Assembly: GCA_020137815.1 (NCBI GenBank)
Contig: CM035362.1
Span: forward strand, 6,138,001 to 6,202,000
Length of the DNA: 64,000 nucleotides
Origin: Hormiphora californensis
Taxonomy: Eukaryota; Animalia; Ctenophora
Direction of reading: 5' to 3'
Position numbers and translations under genes: made by a program. Under the pieces are notes generated by a model that was not told the DNA's origin, searched no databases, and saw only the letters and a list, made by a program, of their open reading frames with translations. This document shows positions 14,458 through 36,863 of this stretch, one piece after another; position 1 is the stretch's first letter, and each line of letters begins with the position of its first letter.

Positions 14458-14546
14458 TAACACCAAATCATGTGATCCAATTCAACCCCATGGCCCATGT
14501 TGTGCAGTTACACTAAAAGTGGTATGAATCAAATTGAGACCCTTAC

Positions 14547-15124
14547 CTGCTCTGTAGTAGTCCGATGCTGTGTCACTAGAGTAAAACCTGATCGCCTCCA
14601 CAACATCACCACCCCACTTAGTAACACAGCTGCTCTTTGAACTATCTGTGAACAGGTAGTTCAGCACCTCCACATTGTTACATGTGATGATGATGCCGGT
14701 CGTTGTTTTGGTGATTGTCCAGATCTTATCCACCTCAGCCGGGGGTTGCACTGGCAGGTCTATGTAGTTGGTACAGTAGCCTATCCCATACTGCATTGGG
14801 GAGGAGAACTTCACATACACATAAGTGATATAGCCGCTGTCCTTGTCGGACATATGCACACTGATCGTCTCATCACTGCTCAGTGCAGAGTCCGTCTTTA
14901 TCTGGAGTGGTGTTGTCCTCCAGGTCCCAGGGTATTAGAACATCATTCCGCTCTACAACTGTCCAGTCTGAAACACGTCAACAATATAAATACCCGCCAT
15001 AATAATCACCCTACTGAGCCGGGCAGCCCGCTAATTGAGTATGAGACTGACTATAACCTGTAAGAACAGCTGCAGTTCCCCACAATGTAGCTGTGAAGAG
15101 AAGGAGACGCATCATACCTATCAT
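14547..15124 (-). pseudogene. Unit B: signal-peptide exon 15058-15124 plus variable-domain exon 14547-14967 (421 nt, +1 frameshift near 14912; real or consensus error)
   Basis: MIGMMRLLLFTATLWGTAAVLT|gt; ag|DWTVVERNDVLIPWDLE...DTASDYYRA|gt. Could splice to the sushi exon at 11781. Confidence 0.8.
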
Positions 15125-16742
15125 TCAAAGGCCGGTAAGTAGTTTATATTAATTACTTATCCGTTAACAGATTATCAACTAATTATCGACTAATTATCAA
15201 CTAACAATATGCTTCAACATCAATTACCAAATTAACAACTAACTAAATAACCGGGTGAAGGTATAACAGTCGGACCCCGATTTAGTGGCACCCCGATTTA
15301 GTGGCAGGATTTTTTTCCCCCAAAAATTTTTTGAATTTTTTTGTGAAATTTTTTTGAACATTTTTCAAAGGTATATATTATAATTACAAGAGGGGGTCGA
15401 GAGGGGAGACATGTTTTGTTGGAAAGGATGTAAACTGGATTCAATCACAGAGATTGCCCCCCCTGTTTAAAGTGAACTCTGGGGGAGTGGGAGAGGGAGG
15501 GGTAGACAGCATATAATATCAAGATAGTGGAACACAGATAAATTTACAGTGAGCCATGGGAGAGAAAGTTGGAGTTGGGTACACATAAAGCAACGGAGAG
15601 AAAAAGTTTGAGTAACTAAAACAAAGTTAGTATTCGGTGAAATTTAGATCAAAGTATTGATATCGCAACTGAACCGCCAATGGCAGATCCTAGCTTAAAT
15701 ATATATATAGTTGCCTAATATAGTGGAAGAAGATTCCATTGTTGTTTTTCCAGTCCATTCTAGTTGCTACTCATCAACCCAGTTAGTATATAATAGATAT
15801 AAGCAAGGTAAACGAGAGATAGAAAGGGGATAGAGAGATCAGGGAGAGTGAGAGAGATTGATTGAGAGAGGTATGAAATTGAAACGTGAATGGTTGCTTG
15901 ACTGCAGTATGGGAAGAAAATATTGTATCCCATTATTTTCCCCATCCTCATGCTACTCAACAACCCGGTTCTAAGAATAGTAAAAGAAGCTCGTACGTGA
16001 TCTATACTTTCCGGCTTCCGCTACTCAAGCCTAGATTGGAAGTGCTTGGAAGATAGCCTAGCTGGAAACGTACTGTTTGTATTACATATATGGTACAGTC
16101 GGACCCCGATTTAGTGGCAGGATTTTTTTCCCCGCCCGGGTGAAGGCCGAAGGCCTTCACCCGGATGCCTTTTGCAAAAAGGCATACGGGGTTTATAAAT
16201 CTAAACGGATATAGTAACTATGTGTAGCAACTAGCAAGTCAGCTCTCTTATCCCGTTTCTGGTTGCGAGGGGCAGCATGTAGCAACTAGAGCCGCGCACA
16301 CAACAACAACCTGCTCCTTCATAAACCACTTCATTGACACGTTTTCAGGAGATATGTGGCGCGCAATTCCGCAATGTGGCGCGCAATTTAATGCTACTAA
16401 AACAGAAGGATTTGTTCTATACTGTTTGCGTGATGTATAAATGATCCGAAATGTCTGTCCCGCCTTCGTGTTAGAAATGAAACGTTGGCGGGGAAACATA
16501 GCATTATGAAACATAATGTATTTATTCTTGTTTTCCCCCAAAAATTTTTTGAATTTTTTTGTGAAATTTTTTTGAACATTTTTCAAAGGAATACCAGCCA
16601 CGTCCGAATCGTGTTTCGAATCGGTGCATCTTATCGCATGCCCTGCTGCTTATTAGACGGTTTGGAACGAACAGAAACGTGATCCCCATCGAATCGAAAT
16701 TTTGACGCTTGGTAAACATGTGATTTAATGGCCCCATCTAAT

Positions 16743-17592
16743 GAGGGATATCATACGACTCTTACTGAAGTTAGCAGGTGCTGATTGATTTCGCAATCGC
16801 TTACTGGAGTAAGCGACAGGTGCTGACTGTTTTCCAAAATAACTCTTAATTTCTTGTAAGAGATATCAAGAGTAAGAGAATGGTGATTCCATTCTCTTGT
16901 GTGGTAAGCGCCGTCCCCCCAAACTACTATGTCCCTTGCTGCGCGCGACCGGATTTTAGACGGCCATAGCTCCACCCCTTGATAAGATAGAGACCTGAAA
17001 TTTGTTTTGTAGGGAGATCATATTGAGTTCTTCGTACAAAACAAATTTCAAGTCTCTATCTCATCAGGGAGTGGAGTTATGACCGTGGGAAATTTCACAA
17101 AACCCGAGTGAGGGACATAGTAGTTTGGGGTGTACTTTAGCGACGTATAAACTCTTAAAACTCTTAACTGACGGGGGATCACAGCATCTGGTCACGTGAA
17201 AGGTCACGTGATAAGTCCTAGTGCACAGGGATAGCCTGTGACTGCGTACATGTGATCAATAACAGCCAATCAGAATGCAGCTAGTGAGTGAGAGAGAGCA
17301 AGATAGTAACGCGCGGCGCTCTGGCACGGTGCGGTTTGGGCGCTGGCAGGCTTTTACATGTTGCAACATGTAAAAGCCTGTCAGCGCCCAAACCGCACGT
17401 GCCAATGCGCCGCGCGAGATAATCTCTCTCAAGGGGGCACCCTGTCTTTCACTTTCTCTCCCCAATTCTTTCCCCTGTTGCTCACTCAGGATAAGAGTTT
17501 TGAGAGAACACACAGCACTGTCGCTTAAAAGAGTTATGCTGTCTGTTTTCTCGATTGTCGCTAACTGCAGTAAGAATCGTATGATTTCCCTC
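16743..17592. mobile_element. Non-autonomous DNA transposon, TIR GAGGGAWATCATACGA, 3-bp TSD AAT (PHIS/Pangu-like); contains an extra ~215-bp palindromic segment 16917-17130
   Basis: aat|GAGGGATATCATACGACTCTTACTG ... CAGTAAGAATCGTATGATTTCCCTC|aat. Confidence 0.85.
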
Positions 17593-18852
17593 AATTAGCA
17601 GCACCGATTAAGATGCACCGATTCGAAACACGATTCGGACATGGCTGGTATACCTTTAAAAAAATTAATACTTTTTTTAGCAAAATTTTACAATACGATT
17701 GTCAATGCTTTGATCGGTGCTCTCCATAAATTTTTAGAGAATAAGTTATTTTGAAATTTTGATACTTCCTCACCCGCTTAGGGTGCCCCGATTCGGCATG
17801 GAATTAAGTCTCTATTTTATCTCGTTTATTGGATAATTAGCGCATGGAGGGGTAGCAGGGGCTTATAACTCTCCTGGTCGGCTGGAACACGGATGTTACT
17901 CTCGGTCGCCTCCCCCCGGTCGGTGGTCAAGCACTTGCATAATGGTTGGGGTTGAGGAGAATTGACGACACACGAGATGAGGGGATTGAAAACAAGTTTC
18001 GCTACAACATTAGCATTGCATCATCAGATCATCCCTAAAACACTAACATGGTTAAAACACTCAATACAAGTACAACACACTGTCAAAAAACCGGCATGAG
18101 GGAGCAAGAGGGGGCTGTCACGCGCAAATATGACGCCGCGCGACGACAGTTTCAAAAAATCCGACTTTACGACTTTTAGTTTCCCACCCTTTTGCTCCCT
18201 CACGCCGGCAAGTGTGTTGTACTTGCATATTTAATTAGTTTTATGGTATAATAATTTGCAAAATTGTTGATAGAACTAACCTGTTGTTTAAAGAATCAAA
18301 ACGAAAAACAAAATCATGTTACAACAATTAACACGAGAATCAAAACGAAAAACAAAATCATGTTACAACAATTAACACGGTCGCTGGTAGTGGGAAAACG
18401 GTAATGGAAAACGAAGATACAGTAAGACGACGCGCAACCGTGACCAATCAGGGCGCTAGTACGTGCTGACACATGTACTTTTTGCAGCACGTTATAGAAC
18501 TAACCTGTTGTTTAAAGAATCAAAACGAAAAACAAAATCATGTTACAACAATTAACACGAGAATCAAAACGAAAAACAAAATCATGTTACAACAATTAAC
18601 ACGGTCGCTGGTAGTGGGAAAACGGTAATGGAAAACGAAGATACAGTAAGACGACGCGCAACCGTGACCAATCAGGGCGCTAGTACGTGCTGACACATGT
18701 ACTTTTTGCCGCACGTTATGCACCGTGCGCGTCTCCTTACTGTATTTTGCGTTACCGTATTTTGACTGCAAGCAGCACTGTAATAAACTAAAACAATGTC
18801 AGGCCATCTCCCGTGATTGAAATACTGTTTGCTACACACAAATTTAGCAGTC

Positions 18853-29416
<10,564 letters not shown>

Positions 29417-29461
29417 TCAAAGGCCGGTAAGTAGTTTATAGTAATTACTTATCCGTTAACA

Positions 29462-29690
29462 GATTATCAACTAATTATCAACTAATTATCAACTAATTAT
29501 CAACTAATTATCAACTAATTATCAACTAATTATCAACTAATTATCAACTAATTATCAACTAATTATCAACTAATTATCAAATAATTATCAAATAATTATC
29601 AAATAATTATCAAATGTTTATCAACTAATTATAAACTAATTATCAACTAATTATCAACTAAATATCCACTAATGACATACTTCAACATCA
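29462..29690. repeat. (TTATCAACTAA)n 11-bp array just upstream of the start exon; also at 15171-15205, 31258-31462, 36053-36133, 57927-57960
   Basis: Direct tandem repeat at the same position in every unit. Confidence 0.9.
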
Positions 29691-30754
29691 ACTAGCTGAA
29701 TAACCGGGTGAAGGTATTCACCTAACTATCTACAATTAACAAAACAAATCCGAATTTATACCATTCATCTCACACAACAATTCTCTCTCTCACTTTATCA
29801 TTCTCTCTAAGCAACAAAGTCACGTGGCTATATTCAATATTCCTACTCTTCTAAAATATTGGCCCAAATACTTTCCGCCCAATATCTCTCCATAACTAAA
29901 GTAACAAATAAATAATATCGAATCTCGAGATTCGATATTATTTATTTGTTACTTTAGTTATAGAGAGATATTGGGCGGAAAGTATTTGGGCTAATATTTT
30001 AGAAGAGTAGGAATATCTCCCTAAGAATCAGTAAATATTTGTATCCTCCTAACTCACTCTCAACCATCATAAGATCAGCAAATACCTATGACCTAATTAA
30101 CTCTCAGTCACTCTGAGAGAGAAACAATGTAGGAACACAAGGAACCTATTATAAACTCGTGTGCCCTACAGTTTTAGATTGGCTGGAGATTGGTATGAGA
30201 TTAGTTGGAGATTAGTTAGAGATTGGCTGGAGATTGGTTGGAGATTAGTTGGAGATTGGTTGGAGATTGGTTGGAGATTGGTTGGAGATTGGTTGGAGAT
30301 TGGTTGAAGATTAGTTGGAGATTGGTTGGAGATTGGTTGGAGATTGGTATGATCAGATTAGTTGGAGATTAGTTAGAGATTGGTTGGAGATTGGTTGGAG
30401 ATTAGTTGGAGATTGGTATGATCAGATTAGTTGGAGATTAGTTAGAGATTGGTTGGAGATTGGTTGGAGATTAGTTGGAGATTGGTATGATCAGATTAGT
30501 TGGAGATTGGTTTGAGATTGGTTGGAGATTGGTTGGATACTGGTTGGATATTGGTTGGATACTGGTTGGATATTGGTTGGAGATTGGTTGGATATTGGTT
30601 GGAAATTGGTTGGAGATTGTTTGGAGATTGGTTGGAGATTGGTTGGAGATTGGTTGGAGATTGGTTGGAGATTGGTTGGAGATTGGCTGGAGATTGGTTG
30701 GAGATTGTTTGGAGATTGGTTGGAGATTGGCTGGAGATTGGTTGGAGATTGGTT

Positions 30755-32530
30755 GTATCATACCTATCATTTAAAGGGCGGTAAGTAGTTTATAGTAATT
30801 ACTTATCCGTTAACAGATTATCAGCTAATTATCAACTACTGTAAAACTAGATATTTTCGTGAGATTTTTATTTTCGCTCTTTATTTTTGGCTGGAAAATC
30901 CGCGAAAATTAATTCCGCGAAAATATTTTGGACGATTTTTTACAGAAAGCTCGTGCAAGTTATTTCAGGATGACACATTTTTTACTTTTAGTACTAAGTC
31001 AACGACAATCGGTTCATAAGATCAGAAATCTCTTAGAGCCAATCAGCAATGAGAAAATGCTCACATTTCATTGGTCTACGCCAAGCAGGTCTGGTGTCTC
31101 ATGGCAATGATGACTGCACTCTTGGCGTAATTAGACAATAGACTAGGACCGTGAAATGGGGGTAGCAGTGGGATTAGCGAAAATTAAAATCGCGAAAATA
31201 GTAAATTTTGATCGAATCGCGGAAATTAATTGCCTCGAAAATATCTAGTTTTACAGTAATTATCAACTAATTATCGACTAATTATCAACTAATTATCAAC
31301 TAATTATCAACCCAATTATCAACCCAATTATCGACTAATTATCGACTAATTATCGACTAATTATCAACTAATTATCAACTAATTATCAACCCAATTATCA
31401 ACTAAGTATCAACTAATTATCAACTAATTATCAACTAATTATCAACTAATTATCAACTAATTACATGCTTCAACATCAACTAGCTGAATAACCAGGTGAA
31501 GGTATTCATCTAACTATCTACAATTAACAAAACAAATCCGAATTTATACCATTCATCTCACACAACAATTCTCTCTCACTTTATCATTCTCTCTAAGCAA
31601 CAAAGTCACGTGGCTATATTCAATATTCCTACTCTTCTAAAATATTGGCCCAAATACTTCAAAATGCTTCAAATGCTTCAAAGAAATCGGAATTTATACC
31701 ATTCATCTCATACAACAAAATTCTCTCTCAGCAATAAAGTCACGTGGCATTCCTTTGGCGTGACGTGCCCAAGGCATTCCTACTCTTCAAAAATATTGGC
31801 CACGTGTAATATCTCTCCATAGCTAAAGTAACAAATAAATGATATCGATTCTCCCCGAAAGAATTAGTAAATATTTGTATCCTCCTAACTCACTCTCAAC
31901 CATCATAAGATCATCAAATACCTATCCTGAATAACTCTCAGCTACTCTGAGAGAGAAATAATGTAGCAACACGAGGAACTTATTATAATATAGATAACCC
32001 CGGCTAGTGCAGGGATGAAATTTGATAACCCCCGACGCAGGAGGGGGTTATCACTATTTCTCCACGAGGGAGCGAAGCGACCGAGGGGAAGAACGTGTGA
32101 TAAACAATGTAGAACGTGTGATAAACAATGTAGGAACACGAGGAACCTAACACGTGTGCCCTAGAGTTTGAGATTGGTTGGAATTGGAGATTGGTTGGAG
32201 ATTGGTTGGATATTGGTTGGAGATTGGTTGGAGATTGGTTGGAGATTGGTTGGATATTGGTTGGAGATTGGTTGGGGATTGGTTGGATATTGGCTAGAGA
32301 TTGGTAGGAGATTGGTTGGAGATTGGTTGGAGATTGAATGGAGATTGGTTGGAGATTGGTTGGAGATTGGTTGGAGATTGGTTGGAGATTGGTTGGAGAT
32401 TGGTTGGAGATTAGTTAGAGATTGGTTGGAGATTGGTTGGAGATTGGTTGGAGATTGGTTGGAGATTGGTTGGAGATTGGTTGGAGATTGGTTGGAGATT
32501 GGTTGGAGATTGGAGAAACCATAATTTACA
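30755..32530 (-). pseudogene. Promoter-only relic of a cluster unit (first codons MIGMI fused to the GGAGATTGGTT array)
   Basis: gtatcatacctatcat...gtaagtagtttatagtaattacttatccgttaacag matches 29401-29462; the gene body is absent. Confidence 0.75.
30839..31256. mobile_element. Tc1/mariner-type MITE, TA TSD
   Basis: ta|CTGTAAAACTAGATATTTTCG ... CGAAAATATCTAGTTTTACAG|ta. Confidence 0.9.
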
Positions 32531-32552
32531 AAATACTCTGAAATAAATGAAG

Positions 32553-33206
32553 TATGAACGTTTGTAGACTGGCGCGTTATGAAGTTGGCTGTTCCCAGCG
32601 CGAGCTGGGGACAGCCAACTGGAGTTTAATCGCCCGGCAGGGCGATTAAACTGGTTTAAATCCCGACTCCGATCCCGAGGCGCCAGCCGAGGGTGAGGGG
32701 GAGGTGATTTAAACCTATAACGCGATAGGCTAACAAACGTTCATATTTTATGAAACCCGATAGTAATTACACACAAATAATAGACACAACACAAGGGGTA
32801 ACACACTAGGACTGCTGGCAAATAGTCAATAGACACCCTGAAAATGTGTGTAGACTTAGTGTCTACACACAGGGGCCAATACACACTGTCAGAGGTAGTG
32901 AACAGTAAAATAGACAATGAGAGAGAGAAATGAATGGAATGTGATTCTTTTCACTCCTTATGAGAGAGATAACATTGAAACGTGTTGCAGACATGTTTCC
33001 CCTTTCTTTTGTTGACAGAACTGTGTGTTTACACACATTTTCAATACTTAGAATTTTACACGCATGTTATTCAAATGAAGAGAAACGCGTGAAAAAGGAC
33101 ACTGGCCTGATAAATCGCGAGCAGGGTGTTAAATCCCCCAGCTAGCAGTTATCATGAGCGCGCAAAATCTTCAAACGACTGATAAATCAACTATCAGGGT
33201 TCATAA
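32553..33206. mobile_element. Diverged relative of the 24005-24662 double-hairpin element
   Basis: Same layout: TATGAACGTTTGT...ACAAACGTTCATA, then TTATGAAACCCGATAGT...ACTATCAGGGTTCATAA; shared GGTTTAAATC...CCCGAGGC..GCCGAGGG...TTTAAACC core; absent from the paralogous site near 10600. Confidence 0.7.
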
Positions 33207-33255
33207 ACATATGAATGCTTCTGCATATCAAACTTGTTAATTTTTTTGCAATAAC

Positions 33256-33951
33256 TTTCTTTTTTTTTTTTTTTGGCCTTTAATATAAATAGTGGTACAC
33301 ACACTAACAATGACAATAATAAATTAAACAAACGGGGTCAATAAATTATATAGAAAACAGATTTAGTCTATTTGGTAGATACTGTCATCACGACCGCTGC
33401 TGCCTTCTGCCCTCAATCGTCCACGGTGTCCCCTGATGGAAATGGTGACAGACCGAACCATAGCAAACGACAACCTTAGCCTAAGGTACCGGATACACTG
33501 ATCATATGAATATCCTGTTTTTGTAGCTTTTTTCTCTGCCAATTGCTTCAAAGTCTTATTAAATTCCCTTCCGAGGCCCCCCGTAGTTGACATAACCAAT
33601 GGGGTGAAAGCTGACTTTTCCACCTCAAGGACACGATGGAGGTAGGATGTTTTCTTCTCTCTCTCGTGTTTTTCATATGTCTTGGCGATAGTCTGGTTTG
33701 AGTTGGACGCTATCCTTGGATTGAAGATCCTTACGTCGAAATAGATATTGTCCATTCCAGACCAAAAGCCGCGACTACTGATGTCTAGTCTGGCGCCATC
33801 GGCTGTTATAGTTCCAGCCGGTAGATCCACCCCCCGAACATTTAGCAGATGGGGTTCGATCTTAGTGTCAATGCACACTTTATTCAGTTCATGACCAATG
33901 AGATCTCTCACGTTGTTGTGTCGGAAACAAACAAAACCTCCGAGTTTACAG
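33256..33951 (-). mobile_element. 5'-truncated CRE-clade non-LTR retrotransposon (restriction-like endonuclease end), poly(A) tail, 16-bp TSD ATTTTTTTGCAATAAC
   Basis: CKLGGF..RHNNVRD, ARLDISSRGFW, FDVRIFNP, HEREKK..Y, FTPLVMSTTGG; T-run at 33256-33274; TSD at 33240-33255 and 33952-33967. Confidence 0.9.
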
Positions 33952-34817
33952 ATTTTTTTGCAATAACCCCATAAACAAAACCTCCGAGTTTACAGATTTT
34001 TTTGCAATAACCCCATAAATCTCACCTTAGATTGTAAGTACTTCCACAGAGCCAACATGAAGAGCTCTGTTTTGATCAAAAAGCTGAAACAAATGAATGG
34101 GGGTTAGAATTCCATTTAATGGGTTTCGGGTCCTATTTTTAGTATTGCGCCCAGGCATTGGGACCCTGGGATGTAGTTTACACCCACCGATGCAGTGCAC
34201 TAATTGGGTGCTGGCCAGAAGATGACATAAACAAAGTTTAGGGACCAATATTAGATTGATCCCAAAACCCGGTTTATCTCAAGATCTGTACAGCCCCGGC
34301 AAAATGTACTGCATTGGTGAATGCCCTCACTCATCACAATAGTTTCGAGATCATTGGAAAATTTACAACAAGTCAACAATATTTGAATCATCGTGATACT
34401 CACTGCATACCCACCTATTGGAGGTGTGTGGAACTGTTCAGGATTTCCCATTTTTGATGTTACCATGTGTGTAACATGTGTGTAACATGTGTGTAAGCAG
34501 TTGTAACATGTGTATAACATGTAACATTGATATCTAAGTTATTTAGTTAATGAAATAAATTTCTTACTAACCTCAACCCAAAACCACCGACACCCCAACA
34601 GTTCAACCAATCAATCAATCATTCATTCATTCAATCAATCAATCAGGGATACAGGGTGGCGCATCAAGCTGCTAATAACACGTTAAGACGTTTATTAGGT
34701 TTTTCGTGCAGCCGACCCTCTCACCGTGTCAGGTTTAAATATTATTTACAAAAAATTGTGGGCAATTCCCATGTGCTGGTCATGTAAACACATAACTTTC
34801 AAATGCATTATACTTAC

Positions 34818-35997
34818 CTAAAATGCACTGTGGTACATCATTTGACCACGATCCATCCTGCTGACATATCAATGTTGCACTTCCAACAAGGTTATGGTTG
34901 GCAGCACACTCGATGGTGGCAGTTGTCCCTATTGAGGAAGCAGTCCAGCTCCCTTGTGTTGATCCTTCAATAGAAAATGCAGGACACTCTGGTGCTAAAT
35001 GGAAAGATCAAGGCGTGAGTTCTATTGCAGCGGGGATTGGAGAGTTACACATTGGTGCTCAGTTATCATAATGGATCAATATCAGGCTTGGGGTACCCAA
35101 TCTTTGTAAGGTTCTTTACCCAACAAACCAATTAACACCAACTCATGTGATCCAATCCAACCCCATAGCCCATGTTGTGCAGTTACACTAAAAGTGGTAT
35201 GAATTAAATTGAGACCCTTACCTGCTCTGTAGAAGTCAGATGCTGTGTCATAACTGTTAAAGTAGATCTTCTTCACAACATCACCACCCCACTTTGGAAC
35301 ACAGTTGCTATCTGAACTATCTGCGAACATGTAGTTCAGCACTTCCACATTGTTACATTTGATGATGAGGGCGGTCTCTGGTTTGGTGATTGTCCAGATC
35401 TTATCCACATCCACCGGGGGTTGCACTGGCAGGTATGTCCAGCTGTTGGCGCAGTAGCTTATCACATACTGCATTGGGGAGGAGACCGTCACACGCACAT
35501 TACCGATCCCGCTGTCCTTGTCGTACATTTGCACAGCGATCCACTCATCACTGCCCAGTGCAGAGTCCGTCTTTATCTGGAGAGATGTTCCCTCCAGGTC
35601 CCAGGGTATGTTCACACCCCGCTGTACAGCTGTCCAGTCTGAAACACATCAACAATATTTTGATAGTCAATACCTGCCATAATAAACCCCAGCGGGATAT
35701 ATATTCCGCAATCCGCCCGCTATAAAAGCAAGGTTGTTTTTGCCGCTAAAGTTTATAATCAATAAATCCTTGTACAAACCCCTCACTTTGGTCGGGTCTT
35801 ATACCACATACCACCCTCCCTGCTTTTCAGGTCGGACAGTATATGGTATAGCGAACTAGCAAATCATATGGTAGCAAACTAGCGAGTCACCCTACTGGGC
35901 GGCCCGCTAGTTGAGTATGAGACTATTAGTCAGACTAACCTGTAAGAACAGCTGCAGCTGCCCATAATGCAGCTGTGAAGAGAAGGAGACGTATCAT
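34818..35997 (-). CDS. Unit D: SP exon 35940-35997, variable-domain exon 35222-35638, sushi exon 34818-34994; all intact; downstream exon unresolved
   Basis: GT-AG phase-1 junctions; MIRLLLFTAALWAAAAVLT-DWTAVQRGVNIPWDLE...DTASDFYRA-APECPAF...VPQCIL. Confidence 0.85.
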
Positions 35998-36863
35998 ACC
36001 TATCAGTCAAAGGCCGGTAAGTAGTTTATAGTAATTAGTTATCCGTTAACAGATTATCAACTAATTATCAACTAATTATCAACCCAATTATCAACTAATT
36101 ATCGACTAATTATCAACTAATTATCAACTAATTACATGCTTCAACATCAACTAGCTGAATGACCGGGTGAAGGTATTCACCTAACTATCTACAATTAACA
36201 AAACAAATCCGAATTTATACCATCATCTCATACAACAATTATCTCTCTCACTTTCTCATTCTCTCTAAGCAACAAAGTCACGTGGCTATATTCAATATTT
36301 CTACTCTTCTAAAATATTGCCCAAATACTTTCCGCCCAATATCTCTCCATAACTAAAGTAACAATAAATAATACCGAATCTCCCCAAAGAATTCCTAAAT
36401 ATCTATATCCTCCTAACTCACTCTCAACCATCATAAGGTCATCAAATACCTATCATGACTAACTCAATTATCAACTAATTATCGACTAATTATCAACTAA
36501 TTATCAACTATGTACATGCTTCAACATCAACTAGCTGAATGACCGGGTGAAGGTATTCACCTAACTATCTACAATTAACAAAACAAATCCGAATTTATAC
36601 CATTCATCTCATACAACAATTATTCTCTCTCACTTTCTCATTCTCTCTAACTTAGAGTCTAAGCAACAAAGTCACGTGGCTATATTCAATATTTCTACTC
36701 TTCTAAAATATTAGCCCAAATACTTTCCGCCCAATATCTCTCCATAACTAAAGTAACAAATAAATAATATCGAATCTCCCCCAAAGAATTCCTAAATATC
36801 TATATCCTCCTAACTCACTCTCAACCATCATAAGATCATCAAATACCTATCATGACTAACTCT

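Noticed and set aside
30315-32524. EIGWRLVGDWL / PISNQSPTNLQ repeat ORFs (also ~10.3 and ~40.5 kb)
   Set aside because: Translations of the 11-bp minisatellite, open in several frames.
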